NCBI GenBank assembly: GCA_013239625.1
Contig: MU054049.1
Coordinates: 73,015 to 137,014 of the forward strand
Direction of reading: 5' to 3'
Length of the DNA stretch: 64,000 nt
From: Lama guanicoe
Taxonomy: Eukaryota
Position numbers and translations under genes: made by a program. Within the stretch, counting starts at the first letter, position 1, and the number at the start of each line of letters is the position of its first letter. The notes under the pieces are model-generated. The model saw only the letters and a list, made by a program, of their open reading frames with translations, made no database searches and was not told the origin of the DNA. This document shows, in pieces, positions 50,201 through 63,247 of the stretch.

Positions 50201-51229
50201 TAGGTGGCAGATCTGACCCGAGGCTGTCTGGCCCCAGTGTTGGGCTGGTTCCCCTCCACCCTACAGATCAATGGTCTCGCCCCTGATGAATGGCCTCCTC
50301 CTTTACAAGGGCTGCAGGGGACCCCTCCCCATATTTTCTGCCATGGCATTCTGGGATGATGAGTAATCTCCATGACAACCAGGGTCTTCCCACCGCCCCT
50401 GCCACCAGGATGCACATCCTCTCCGCTCACCCAGGGCCGGCAGAGGTAGCCCAGGCTGGACAGGCAGATGGCAGAGGCTGGATTCTGAAGTGCTCTCAAA
50501 GGCAGGGCAGGGAGGACTCTGCAAGTGGTCTCTGTCCAGCTCCATCCAAGGAGTGGGGAGAGGGGGAAGGATCTGCCCAGGTGGGACAAGGGCAGGAGAG
50601 TGGTTGGGATCCCCCACTGCCCAAGCTTCTAGACCTTTCCTGAGGCCGTCATAGTCTCAACACTTTATGCTAGTGCTCAGCAGGCCTAAGTCCCATGCAC
50701 CCAAGGCTGGGGACCCAGGGCCCTTCTCAGTCCACTCTGCTCCCCCAACCACCACACCCACCTACTGCCCCCAGCTAGAGGGGTACACCGTCTGTCCAGG
50801 CCCAGTGACTGGTACGTCTATCAGGGCTGCCTTATACCCACCTGACGGGCTCTCCTACCTCCTCTGTGGAGAGCTAACACAGCTTACCCCTAGGACATGG
50901 ATACCCCCATGCTATGAACTTCCCCAGCCCAGTCCCTACTCTACCCTGTGCTTAAAGCCCTGTGTATGGGGTGATCTGTATCCAGCAAGTGTGACACCCT
51001 CCCAGGCTCGGCAACGCCCCAGAGAGAGGAACTCTGTCACTCTGTGCCACTTTGGTGTCCCCATCAGAGGCTCAGGGCCTGGGATGGAGTGCTGGAGGAA
51101 CAGTTAAATGAAAGAATGAATGAACCAGTCAACGACTAGAAGGAAGAGGAAAACGGAGGTGAAGGGGTGGGAGCATAGACAAGTGAGGACCAGGGAGGAT
51201 GAAGAGAAGGGGCCCTGGGGCCCCCTCGA

Positions 51230-52210
51230 CTTACCCAGCCGGGCCCTGAAGCTGCGGACCGTGTTTCCCCCTCCCGGCCGCGCGCCCCTTCGGCTGTATT
51301 TCTCATAAAGCCGGAGCATGTGGACAGCGACCATGTCCTGGGCGCCGGGGCCCAGAGCGGCGGCCACGTCCCCCGGGGACCGCTGCGGGTCCTTGTCCCC
51401 CATCAGACCGTCGGCGGCCGCTGGCGGGGCGGACCTGGCGGGGGCCGTGTGGCTGCCGCCCGCGTCCCGGAGCAGCAGCAGAAGCAGCGGCAGCAGCGGC
51501 AGCAGTCGGGACCCCGATCCCGGGCTGGTCCGAGCCGGGCCAAGGGCCATGATGGGTGGCGGCGACGAAGGGGCCGGAGCCGGGGAGGAGGAGGAGGGAC
51601 AGCGAGGGCGCACAGGAGGCTGAGAACAGACCCCGGGGCCGGAGGGCGCGCGGGCCCGCTCGGGGAGCCAGAGGCGTGAAGTGCGGAGATCCGCGCGGGG
51701 CGCGGGGCAGAGTGGGGCGCACAGCCAAGCGCACGGTCTGTCCGCGCCGCCCGAGCCCCCGGACGACGGTCACGGAGCCGCCCGGAGCCGTCCGGAGCCT
51801 CGCAGAGCCTCGCTGAGCCCAAGCCGGCGCGCTGCCTCGGCGGACTCGCAGCCAAACTTTGCAGCCCCAGGCGCGCCCGGCTCGGCGGGTTCGAGGGGCG
51901 GGGCGGGGCGGGGCGGGGCGGCCGGCGGCGCCCTCGGGGAGAACCCGGCTGCGCGCCCCGGACCACTCCGGGCCGCCGCCGTCACGGCTGTCCCTGGCCG
52001 GGCCGCGGTGTGCGTGCGCCCGAGTGTGGCGGCGTGCGCGCGCAGGGGTGTGCGCCCGAGTGTGCGCCCGGGCGTGTGGGGGGCGTGGGCGTGGGCGTGG
52101 GCCAGCGCGCTCCCGGCTCCCCTGCGGAGAGCCGGAGACCCGGACCCGGCCCGGCTCCTGTGTGTCGGCGCCTCAGCCTGGCGGGACAGCGCGGGGGCTG
52201 GGCGGCGTTT
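51230..52210. promoter_or_regulatory. GDF10 CpG island promoter with tandem GC boxes
   Basis: Very high GC and CpG content, with (GGGGC)5 at 51895-51919 and GGGCGT repeats at about 52070-52101. Confidence 0.85.
51235..51550 (-). CDS. GDF10: Growth differentiation factor 10 (BMP3b), coding exon 1 (316 nt)
   Basis: ATCATGG Kozak context. Encodes MALGPARTSPGSGSRLLPLLPLLLLLLRDAGG...QDMVAVHMLRLYEKYSRRGARPGGGNTVRSFRARL. Donor CTGG|GTAAGT, phase 1. Confidence 0.96.
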
Positions 52211-52729
52211 AGAGGGGGGCCCTCCTGCCGGGTTGCCCCTGCAATGGCATGTGATGACTATGTGGTTGTGAGATGACAGCTCCCCCGTGAGGACCCGATG
52301 GGGGGATGTGTGTGCGCCCAGTTGTCTCTGAGCCAGTGTGTGTCCAAAATGCAAGCGCGAGGGGAACACGAACTCTCCCTGGGCAGCCTTTGAAAAGAAA
52401 AACCCTAACACCAAAGCTCAACCAACTCAGGGCGATCCTGATTAAAGGAAAAAGATCTCGATTAAAATTCAGAATTAGTCGATCAACAGACCCTTTATTT
52501 GGTGACAATGATTCCAGTTATTGAAGAAACACATCAAAGGTGCTTATTAATCTTTGGACAGGTGGCCAGCAGGGTTGTCGCGAAAAGCGGACACGGTTTC
52601 AAATTGTTTTACAAAACCATTTCCAAAGCTTCAGGATAGGAGAAGGAAAAGCTTAGTTTTCCTAAGAAGGTTTCACAATGAAGTGAGGCTGTGATGAACC
52701 CCTGGCTCACCACCCCTCAGTTTAGTCTG

Positions 52730-53190
52730 GGGGCAAGGTTTCTTGTCTATGGATAGAATTCCAGGGCGGCTGTGAATTTGGATGGGGAAAAATGACATCT
52801 TTATTTTTGCTAACCTGTGCCAGAAACTTAGCGTTCCATAATATTAGAAACACAAGTAATCAAACTACAGTGATAGCCACTACCCACAGATACTTTCATA
52901 TCACACTTTCCTATCATGTTTCAGACTTCTTGAAAATACCATTCTTGCTCATCACTATTCTGAAATTCAAGAACTTAAGCCTGCTGCTAGTTATTTAGCG
53001 AATTAATTAAAAGGCACATGTATCACTATGTTGCAAAGCTGTTTTAAAAAACATTTTGGTAACTAGTTTAATGTCATCAGCTTCCTCTATAATCCCGCAT
53101 ATTAAGAATATTCTTTTGAGAAAGGGTCTAGGGTTTCCTCAGACTGTGTCAGGGGTTCAAGGCCCACACAAACGGTTTAGGAACCTCTCT
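52730..53190. mobile_element. hAT-Charlie-family DNA transposon remnant
   Basis: ATGGATAGAATTCCAGGG...TGGATGGGGAAAAATGACATCTTTATTTT at the left and GGGGTTCAAGGCCCACACAAACGGTTTAGGAACCTCT at the right, with an AT-rich interior. Confidence 0.55.
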
Positions 53191-55262
53191 GAGGGAAGGA
53201 AAGGACATCTCCAAACCTGCATTTTTCCAGCGAAGTCCAAGATGTCTATGCTACATTATTATCTTCAAACTTGCAAGCATGCTCTTCCCTTTGTTGGTAA
53301 CTCTGGGCTCTTCAAGCACAAATCATGACTTTGCTTGGAGGGCTTACAATGCTATAATTGAAAAACTGCTGAAAAGATGGTGGTAAAACCACCCATTTGT
53401 AATTTTTCAAAATCTTGCAGTGTCAAATGAGAGGTCATCCTGTTGAGAGCTTCGGAACCTCAGGCCTGTAGCTTTGTTGGAAGACGATAGGGAAACATTT
53501 TCCTTCTTTTGACAATTAGCGCACATCGCATTCAACCTCCCATTAGCCCATCTCCCATTTGTTCCGTGAAGCAGTTTTCGAAAAGGGTTGGCCTGGAGGT
53601 GAGAGGACCAGTCACAGTCTTGGACTTGATGAATCTCTCCTCGTAAATGATTCACACTAACTTTTACTGCTCCCTCCCCCTGCCCCCACTTCCCTCCTGC
53701 TCCGTGTGCCCCTCACTTCCCCTCTGCCCCCCTCTCCCCTTCTCCCCCAGAATGCCTCTGACCTGTACCGGCTGGGGGTAACCTCTGCTCATGGGTAGTT
53801 TTGTCTCTGCTGGGGCCATACACAATCGAGGCCTGTGAAAAGGAGGGTGAGTCCGCAGGAGGCCGGGCCAAGCTGGGCTATTCGGGATCTGTGTCCATTA
53901 AAGCCTCCTTGCTCTCCTTAACTCATTCCTGCTCCATTCAAGCCAGCCCGAGGGTCAGGCTTTAGCCGGCACTAAAACCTGTAGGGTACAGATTCTCTGA
54001 CATTGTTGGGAAAGAATGAAGGCATCAACCGAGGATGGCTAATATTTCTTGCCTCGTTTTATTGCTGAACAGCAGGACTGTAAACTCCTGAACACTGGAG
54101 CGCTATGGCTCCCTTTCATGTAGCCGAGATGATGGGATAAAAATGTGTTTGGTGAAGCAATTCAGATTACCACCGGGTCACATCCTCGCTGGCTCCCAGC
54201 AAGGCCTGCAAACAGCATCGCTGAGACAAGAAACAATCGCTGTGCAACATCAGCTCATGCAGAACAGAGTTCCTAGCGTGGAAATGAGGCTAACCGCGGA
54301 GCTTGCCAATGAGAATGTTTTGTTTTTAATAGCCCAGGCTGCGGCTCAGAATGGGAGTTGAGATGTCGCATGGTGGATTCCAGCCCCGAGAGCTGTGATT
54401 TCTCACAGCTTCTCACTGAAATTATCCCGGAGTCCCGGAGTGTCCGATGCTACTTTTACTGGGGCTCTGAGCTTTTGAACTTGCTGTCAGGGATGGAAAG
54501 TGCTCAACCTCTCTCTGAGAGGTTATTTGCGGGTCCTTAGTCTTCTCGGCTTACCTGCCACATGGTCTGAGGATAGCAGGGTTTCCCTAGGCTCAGAAAA
54601 CCCTGAAGAAGAAATAAAGAAGCTCCGTGGTTACGAAACTCTACACCTGAGTGAGGGAGAAATCACACCCTGGATAGTCTGAGAAGCAAGCTTCATTTGG
54701 TTTCATCCGGCACCTTGCCCCAAGTAATCCCCAAAGGAAATATTCCTGAGCAGTTGTTTCATGATGCTGTCTGGTTACCTTGTGGTAGAGTTGGTCTGTG
54801 GCTCTCACTGGCTCTCTCTCCCTGGGCCGGCCCCAGCATCTCTTTGGAACCCCGGCCACCTCCCGTTTCAACGAGAAGGCTGACTTCCTGGCTGTTTTCA
54901 GCTCCAACGCACTAGGCCCCGGTCTGTGGCCTTCTGTCAACTCGTTCCTGGAAATGAGAGTATCTCCAGGGCCTTTTGGAGTCAATTGGGATGAAGTTCA
55001 TGTCCCTGTTTTCACTCCTCCCTAGCTGTACAGCCTCAGGCAAATTACTTGACTTCTCTGGGCTTTGATTCCTTCAACTCTGAAGGGGGACAAGAGTAGG
55101 CTATTAGGAGGATCGTTGGTAAGGTTTTAACATGAGATGGAACTAAATAACATTGATCCTGGTTAACTACTGTTTTTATGTATCTTGTGTTTGAAAGAGG
55201 TTGGAGCCTGTTTAAAGTGGATCCAGACTCTGGGAGATTTGGTGAGAGGTTCAGCCTGGCGC

Positions 55263-55289
55263 TTTTTTTTTTTTTTTTTTTTTTTTTTT
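55263..55289. repeat. Poly(T)27 tract
   Basis: 27 consecutive T. Confidence 0.95.
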
Positions 55290-56474
55290 GCTCTGCAGTG
55301 GAAATGCATTTCTGAGTGCACTGTGCCAAGAGCTGAAAAGACAAGGAAGAGGAAAGGCTGTTTTCTTGTTGAGGAAGTCCTGGACCTCTCCTACTGCGCC
55401 TTCATCATCAGTATCTGTGGGTCCCTGTCCAAAGACGGCAGATGATTCACGCATCTTCGTGTAGATTTCCTAAACTCATGGCCCCAAGGACAAAAGAAAT
55501 GCAGGCAAATCCCTCTTCCCATTTGGGGCATGAGCTGTGAAAAAGCGGCTGCAGGGTTTGCTGGGCGCTAGAGACAAGAATCCCAGGGCCTCCTCCAGGC
55601 CGCCAGGCCCGAGTGTCATAAATCTGTAAAATAACAAGCACAAAAGACTTTATAATCAATGACAGATTGTATTTTTGCTCTGGCAAAATCTCTCCACAGA
55701 GTTAACATTTTATAGGGAAATAACTACCCACTTTGCGACTCCTCCTCAGCCCATATTCTCTTTCTGAAAGTTGGGAAAAATCTCAGAGATTCCAAGTCAG
55801 CTCCTCGGAGAACTGTGGCAGAAGTAAGCGTGACTTCCCCTGGGCGGGAACCCAACTCTCCCGTGACTTCCTAGGGTGGCTCGGGCCATTCATTTCTGTT
55901 TTGCTAAAATACCCGTGACATGTGAATAAACCAGGATTACAGAACATTGTCTCGGCCAGTAATCTGAGCCGGCATGGGCTCTGGTGTGATGAAATATGGT
56001 GCTCTCTAAGCAAACATGGGAATTGGTATTACTTCTCGTTAAAGCTGAACAGTGGGACTATTTAGAGCTGATGCATGAATGCTGCGCTGTGGGGAGGGAC
56101 AATTTGAAGGGAGCTGATTGGAGGGAGGGGGTCGGGGTGTGTGTGAGTTGGCCAGAGCAAGCCAGTTAGAAGTCAGCAGGGGAGATGGCCAAAGGGACAC
56201 TTCAGAAATCAGGACCCCTTAGAGGCAGCACAATCTCCTTACAGCCCCCAAATAATCTTCTGCAAAACCTTTGCAGGAGGGACAAAGCCTGACATCCTTG
56301 TGCTGCCATTCAAGCCTCATCATCTGTCTCATTGGTCGCTGTCTGTCTTGCTAGAGCCTCTCTCCAGTCTCTCTTCTTCTGCCAGTCCCCTCGTGCCCCA
56401 GAATTCAGAAAGGTCCACGTTCTCTGTCAGTGCACATCCCAGCCTCGTCCCACAGCGCTTTCCTACAGACAGAC

Positions 56475-56842
56475 TGTAGCGCATCACCCAATGCCCTCTT
56501 CCAGGACCCAAGCTCTCATTCCCTCAGCTGCCAGGACAGTTCTCTGGTGTTGGCTTCCAGCTGAGTCTCCCCTGCTCCCCAGGAATTGCCTCATCCAAAG
56601 CTGTCCCCCACCCCTGCCTGGGGACAGCCCAAATGCAGTGTTGAGGCCCCGAAGGGGGCCTTGCCCCCAAGGCAGGACTGTTCTGCAGGAACTTCTGGCT
56701 CCAGAACTCTCCCCTGGCTCTGCTCACGCCCCTGTTACAGCTGCATTGCATTCAGCTTGGTTCCTACAAGCGCTCGCCCGTAGACCTCTGTACCTCTGTT
56801 TTCACCCGAGCGTCCGTTTCCTAGGACAGCTGACCTAAGATA
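56475..56842 (+). mobile_element. LTR16-like ERVL 5' LTR
   Basis: Starts TGTAGC, contains CTCATTCCCTCAGCTGC...CAGCTGAGTC...GGAATTGCC and ends GACCTAAGATA, followed directly by ERVL-internal-like sequence. Confidence 0.7.
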
Positions 56843-59160
56843 GTCGGGGCCAGGAGTGATGTCAGAAAGTGGGCTCAGAGATGGGACCCGGAGTCTGACT
56901 CACCTACTGCCCAGTGGCAAAGAGGACTCGGTGACTTGTGTCACTGCAGTCTGCCTAGTCCTTGACATGAACTGGGGGGTTCAACATCCCTGATAGTAAA
57001 GATTCAGGGGAAGAAGGGATCCTCATAAAGAAAGTGGAAGTGGTTGGCTCTTGCTGAGTGAGACGGAGTCATGGGAGAAAGATAATGAAAGGTTGAGGAT
57101 GGCTAATCACTAATTTAGGGCAAAGTGTGCAAATCAGAGGGCTTTCTTGGCAGCATGTAAAGAAATCCTCATCTCTTGCAGTGGGTGCAGCTGAATGCCA
57201 GGCCCAGGACTTAAATTTGAAGGTAGCAGAGCTCCGGTGATGGTTGAATTCTCAACCTCAGCAAGTCTGTTATGCCCAAGTCAGGGCCCCGGTTGGGAAG
57301 GAGTGGAATCAGGACACCTTGGTTGATGCACTGAGAACCTTAAAACTTCTTACCTGCCTACATGCTCTGGGTCTGGAGAATGGCCCACAACCTGCTTGCT
57401 TGAAGATGAGGCAGCTGTAACATATGTCCCTCTCATGATCTATCCATACCTCACTTCCTGGCTTCCAGATGAAAACTGAGGTCATGGCACCATGTAACCC
57501 AAGCAGGTGCGTGTTGGACCCACTAAGGGGGAGCGTTCTGAAGTTTGGTGTGTCTTAGCACAGAGTCAACCCGCACGAGCTGGCCATGGTTGATCGTGAT
57601 TGGGACCAGATCCTGAGGGGGCTGGGATATAGCACTGGATAAGGGAGAGTCCAGCAAACAGAAGCATTGTCCCATAATACAGAGTTTACACCAAGGCAAG
57701 GGCCCCAGGAGATGGGGCTAATATAGGCTGACTTTTGGATGGTTGAAAAAAGCAGCGATCTGCACTAAGTGAAATATTAATGCCAAAACTGCTGTGGTGG
57801 ATAAAAAGACAGAGGAATGGATTAAAAGTTCAGAGAACGAGACGTGCTGGAGTGGGAGTAGTATCTGGGACCGGAAAACCAATAGCCTATGTGTTCCATG
57901 GAAGGGCTCAGAGGACTCTCCGTTTTTCAAAGTGACAAGGAATTCAATGGTGATTGGGGCACCAGCATCATGAAAAAGTCAATGATGGCTGCTCTCTGTG
58001 GGTAGCTCGCGGTAGGTGATGTTACTGCTGAACTGGGATCCTTAGCAGAAGTGGGATAAAAGGATCCCAGAATAACGGAGCGCTTGGCTGTCCAAATCAA
58101 GGTGAACACAATTATCAAAAGAGGCACAGCTGGATTTCAGCCAGGATGCCTGACTCACACGAGGCTACGGTGCTTAATAGAACACGGAATCCCCAGGGGA
58201 CAAGATAGACAGGCAGCCAGCGAGAGTATTGCTCAATTTGTACAATCAAAATGAGATCAGAGATGGATGGATGAGGCTGAGGGAAGCCACCCCAACTTTC
58301 TTGCCCAATTTCTGAACCTGAGCCAGTTTTTAGGGCTGGGACCCACTGACGAGAGAGGCAGGGTCCCCAGGAGGAAGAAGCCCGCAATAGCACAGCAAAG
58401 ATAAGTGGCGATGATTCCCCATCCTTCCCCCAGAGGGACCCAGGGCCATTTACTCAGAGAACAACAATACCTGGGCAAAGGGGAACATCCAGATGCTTCA
58501 AGGATAGTTGGACACAGGATCCAAGATGACATTGATACTGGGTACCCAAAGCATCGTTAACCACCCAATAGAGTAGAATTTTATGAGGGCCAGGCAATAA
58601 GTGGATCCGGGTCCAGGCCCAGCTTACTGAGCCCATGGTCTTATCCAGTAGCCATTTCTCCAAACCTCAAATGTGTAGCCGGAGTCAACATTTTTGGGAG
58701 CCAGAATGTCTGCATTGGCCGCTTAGCCTGCAGGGTGAAAAACGCGAGGATGGGGAAGGCAAGTCAGAGCTTGCAGGGTAAGAGGAACCACAATAAGAAA
58801 GTTCAAGTAGAAGGCTCTGAAATTGTTTCCTCACTCCTGCTCCAGCCAGAATGAAAAGTCAAAATCAGTGTTCTGTCCCAGTGACTGGCAGATTATACAT
58901 CCTTAAAAATATAAAGTCTGGCCCCTACAGAGCCAGACAGAAGTGCAGTGGGTGACTGCAAACTCAACCAAGTGTGGTATCAACCATCTCAACGGCAGGA
59001 TCGGTGTCACATGTGATCCCTTAGCCAGAGCGGATTGACATGGCCTCCGTACGTGGTGTGTAGCCTTTGATCTGGTGACGTGTTCTTTTCCATCTCGTCC
59101 AAGGACTTAGGAGTCTGCATTCGTGTGGGCCAGGCATTGGCATACATTTACTGGCATGTG
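56843..59160 (+). mobile_element. Degenerate ERVL (HERV16/ERV3-16-like) internal region with gag, protease and RT remnants
   Basis: Gag-like QVRAPVGKEW (about 57277-57306), protease-like WAKGNIQMLQG*LDTGSKMTLILG (58472-58543) and RT-start-like sequence (about 58950-59095). Many stops and frameshifts. Confidence 0.8.
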
Positions 59161-59626
59161 TATTTCTTTCCCTAAGGCCGTCCACAGGTTGAGATCTTTT
59201 TATGGTTAACTTCTATTTATAACAAGGAATGCTGGTTTTCTATTTACCCTAGAGATGTAAATGTTCTGTTTAAGATAAATGTAAGTAAAAATAAGAGTGA
59301 GTTGGTTTAAAGAAAAAAATCCTAAGTAAAGGGTACTTGGGTAGGAGCCATGAGGGTAGTTAACTGAAGGATGGTAACACCTCCCCTTGCGATTTCTCCT
59401 GCCTGGAGGGCCCCTCCTCTGCATCAAGTGAGTAGACAGCCCGCAGGAACCAGCCCCACAACTCACTTCTTTGTGAAGCCCCCTGGCCCTGCATTAAGCA
59501 GAGATACTCCTTCTTATAAAATGTGTCTCACCATGTGTAATGATCTGCCTACAGCTGGCCCACAAGGATCCTGAGTGCCAGGTCTTTCTCTTACTCCCCG
59601 TTGTAACTCCAGCCCCAGAGGGTAGG

Positions 59627-60228
59627 TGTCGTGGGCAGAATTCTAAGACAGTCCCGAACCCCACCCCCAGGGCGCGTGTCTGTTATAATTCCGCCCTTTA
59701 AGTGGGAGCGAGGTCTTTCTTTGCCTGTCACTCCTATAACTAGCTTACCTTCTGTGGCAAAGTTGAAGGGATTTTGCACATGTAACCAAGGCTCCAAATC
59801 AGTTGATTTTCTGGTAATCAAAAGGGAGCTGGTCCTGAGTGAGCCTGACTTAGGCAGGCAAAAGGCCTTAAAAGGAGACCTGGGCTCTTCATGGAGAGAA
59901 AGCCTCTTGCTGGCCTTGAAGAAGCAGACTGCCTGCTGTCAGAGGGTCTGAGGGACTGCAGGGGCCTCTAGGAGCTGGGAGCACCCCAGCTGAAAGCCAG
60001 CAAGAAATTGGGGCCCTCAGTTCTCCAACCACAATGAGCTGAGAAGAGGAACTCAACCTCCAGAAAGGACTACAGCCCTGACACCACCAACACGGTAGCC
60101 TGATGGGAGGACCCAGCTAAGCTGCCCCAGACTCCTGCGCCGTGAAAGCTGTGAGATAACACATATGTGCTATTTTAAGCTACTGAATTTGCAGGAATTT
60201 GTTACGCAGCAGTAGCAAACTAATGCAG
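59627..60228 (+). mobile_element. MLT1 (ERVL-MaLR) solo LTR
   Basis: TGTCGTGGGCAGAATTCTAAGA...GGCCTCTAGGAGCTG...GCCAGCAAGAAA...TTTTAAGCTACTGAATTTG...TTGTTACGCAGCAGTAGCAAACTAATGCA. Confidence 0.85.
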
Positions 60229-61268
60229 CAGCCTTGGTAAATGGCTGCTGAATGAGCAACCAAGCTGAGTGACTGTGCTCATCAGCTTCTGGGCTGTCCT
60301 CAGACGAGGGGGCTTTTCCCACGGAGGAGAAATGGAGCAAGTGGGAGGGGAAGGTTAGCATCTGCAGGATCCTGCAAATTGCCCCCTGACTTCACTTGGT
60401 GCAGACAAGGAGCAGGCCTGAGCATGGCCTGTGGTCATTTAGGAAAGGGAATCTCCAGGGGGACCCGTCTGAGCCTGGCCCCCTCAGCCAGTGCACCACT
60501 CCACTGACTGAGTCATTCCCAAGTGAAATCACCACCTCTTCCTCCTTTGCTGACTACAGCTGTGGGTCAGTCCCCCATCCCCCAACCCCACCTCCCCAAG
60601 AGACATGAGCTGGAGGTCAAATGCGCCTGCTGCTCCTATCAGGGACCAGACAGCTCTAGGACAGAGTGCCTCTCCCTCACTGCTCCAGCCCATCCTTTAT
60701 CCTTGACTTCTGGCTTGAGCCCTCCACCCCAACTGATGGCCTGGCCTCTGTTCCACTGTGCCTCCATCTCCCCTCGCCCTGCCCGCCTCTAACCAGCAGC
60801 ACCTGACCTCTCTCAGGCCACCTGTCAGCACTGCCCTGGGTCTCCCAGACCCACTTCTCTGGATCCCATTTGATGACCATCACAGGCTGCTCACTGCCTG
60901 ACCCCACCAGCCCCCACCTCAATATCTTTCTCCTTCTCTCAGCTTCTTTCACACCTTCTCCACTCCCCTCCAGCTCCACATCTGCCCAGCCCCCCTTTCC
61001 TCAGAGGATGAGCTGACATCTACATCCCCAAGGAAACCGGGCCCCCTGCAGTGGACCTCTGTTGCTTGCCTGCCTGGCACAGCTTGTCCCTTTCTTCCCG
61101 AGACAGCACCCTCCTTCCTGTGGAGGGGTCCTGCCCCAGCCACACCTATGCCTCGGGGGGCTGCTGCCTGAGAGGCTGCCCTTGGGTGGTACCAACAGTT
61201 TGGGTTCATGACCCAGCCAATCCTAGCACCTGTCCTGGTCACAGAGATCCCAACTATGTATGTGGACA

Positions 61269-61993
61269 AAATTTTTTTTTCAATTGAGGTATTACAGATT
61301 TATAATGTGTTTATTTTTGGTGTATAGCATGGCGAATCAGTATACATTATGTATATATATATACCTTCTTTTCATATTCTTTTTCATTATAGGTTATTAC
61401 AAGCTATTGGATATACTTCCCTGTGCTATACAGTGCGACCTCATTGTTTATCTGGTTAATATGTAGTAGTTTGTATCTGCGAATCCCAAATTCCTAATTT
61501 AGCCGTCCCTGCTTCCCCCTTTGGTAACCATAAGTTCATTTTCTAAGTCTCTGAGTCTGTTTCTATTTTGTAAATAAGTTCATTTGTGTCATTTTTTAAG
61601 GATTCCACATATAAGTGATATCATATGATATTTGTCTTTCTCTGCCTGACTTACGTCCCTTAGTATGATGATCTCTAGGTCCATCCATATTGCCACAAAT
61701 GGCATTATTTTTTATGGCTGAATTATATTCCATTGTGTAAATATACCACATCTTTATCTAATCATCTGTTGATAGGCATTTAGGCTGCTTCCATGTCTTG
61801 GCTATTGTAAATGGGGCTGCTATGAGCATTGGGGTGCATGTATCTTCTTGAATTAGAATTCCCTCCAGATATATATCCTTAGGAGTGGGATTGCTGGATG
61901 ATATGGTAAGTTTATTTTTAGTTTTTTAAGGAATCCTATGCTGTTTTCCAGAGTAGCACCAAATTACATTCCCACCAACAGTGTAGGAGGGTT
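61269..61993 (-). mobile_element. 5'-truncated L1 with candidate TSD TGTGGACA
   Basis: L1 3' UTR and ORF2-end sequence in reverse orientation. TGTGGACA occurs at 61261-61268 and 61994-62001. Confidence 0.9.
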
Positions 61994-62731
61994 TGTGGAC
62001 ATCTTCTTATCCAGACTTCTGCCTTCACTTGCTACTCCATCCCAGCCTGCTCTTACCCACCTAACTCTTTTCACAGAGAACAGAGTGATCTTTCTATTGC
62101 CAGAGGTGACCCCAGCACTCTACTGTCCATAAGACATTACTCGCTGCCCCTGCCCCTGGTGTAATCCCCACGTAAGGCTCTCACAAATTACCCTCGCCAC
62201 CATCACCCTTACTTTCCTCAGCACCTTCTCCCCTTGGCATCCTGGTTTTCCTTCTCACTTCTCGCCTGTGTTCCTTGTCTCCCAAGCCGACCTTCCCTCA
62301 GCTGTTCTCTCATCCTGAAATGCCCCTGACCCCACACCCACCCATCTGGCCTTCTCCCATCTTCGAGCCTCAGGGTTGAGTTTTGCTTTGCCCCAGAAGT
62401 CCTCCCAGATGCCCTATCCTGTGTCCTCTGTGCCCTGGGAACTCCTGGGGAGACAGTGGCAGATGAGGGTCTGTCCTGTGGATTTGCTCAGGGAGTGAAG
62501 GGGGATTTGTTCTCAGGCTGCAGGAGGGGAGAGGAACCCGTGGGGGTGATGCTTCCTCGATAGCTCCTGACTCCCTGCCCCTTTTGCCTTTTGTCTCCCC
62601 TGAGCCTTTTATCAGGTGGCAGGAGTCGGGGGAAAGTAATGGGCCAGAAATGGTCAGCTCTGGGCCCCTTGGCAGCTTCTTCTGGTTCCAGAAGGATTTA
62701 CTAACTCTCCAGGATTTAACCAGGCACCTTT

Positions 62732-62946
62732 TAAAAGAAAGCTTTTGTATTTTTTATTTTTTTAATTGATGTGTAGTCAGCTATGATGTGTCAATTTCTG
62801 GTGTACAGCACAATGTTTCAGTCATACATATATAAACATATATTCGTTTTCATATTCTTTTCCATTAAAGGTTACTACATGATATTGAATATAGTTCCCT
62901 GTGTTATACGGAACAAATTTATTCTTTAATCTATTTTTATATATAG
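62732..62946 (-). mobile_element. Short L1 3'-end insertion with 16-bp TSD
   Basis: L1 3' UTR in reverse orientation, flanked by TTAACCAGGCACCTTT (62716-62731) and TTAATCAGGAACCTTT (62947-62962), 14/16 identical. Confidence 0.85.
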
Positions 62947-63247
62947 TTAATCAGGAACCTTTGATTGACAGAAACCAAGGTCAAGCCAGCACAGTTGGGA
63001 CGGAGGGATTGACTGGCTCAGGTAATCAGACTGCCAAGAGGGAGGGGTGCAGCCAGCCTTTGGGAAAACTCAAGCTAAGGACTTCAACACTGTGAGAACC
63101 CCCCTTCCCCCCTTTCTTTCCTTTTTTCTTCTTCCAAATGAAAGCAGCTTTAATGTTAACTAATTATATAATTACTACTTAGCTATCGTAAAATACAAGA
63201 GCAATGTATGTGGTAACTCTATGAACATTCTGGTTACCATCTGGACC

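Noticed and set aside
51403..52414. Several 100-214-aa ORFs over the GDF10 promoter
   Set aside because: They reflect stop-codon scarcity in a CpG island and give Ala/Arg/Pro/Gly-rich translations.
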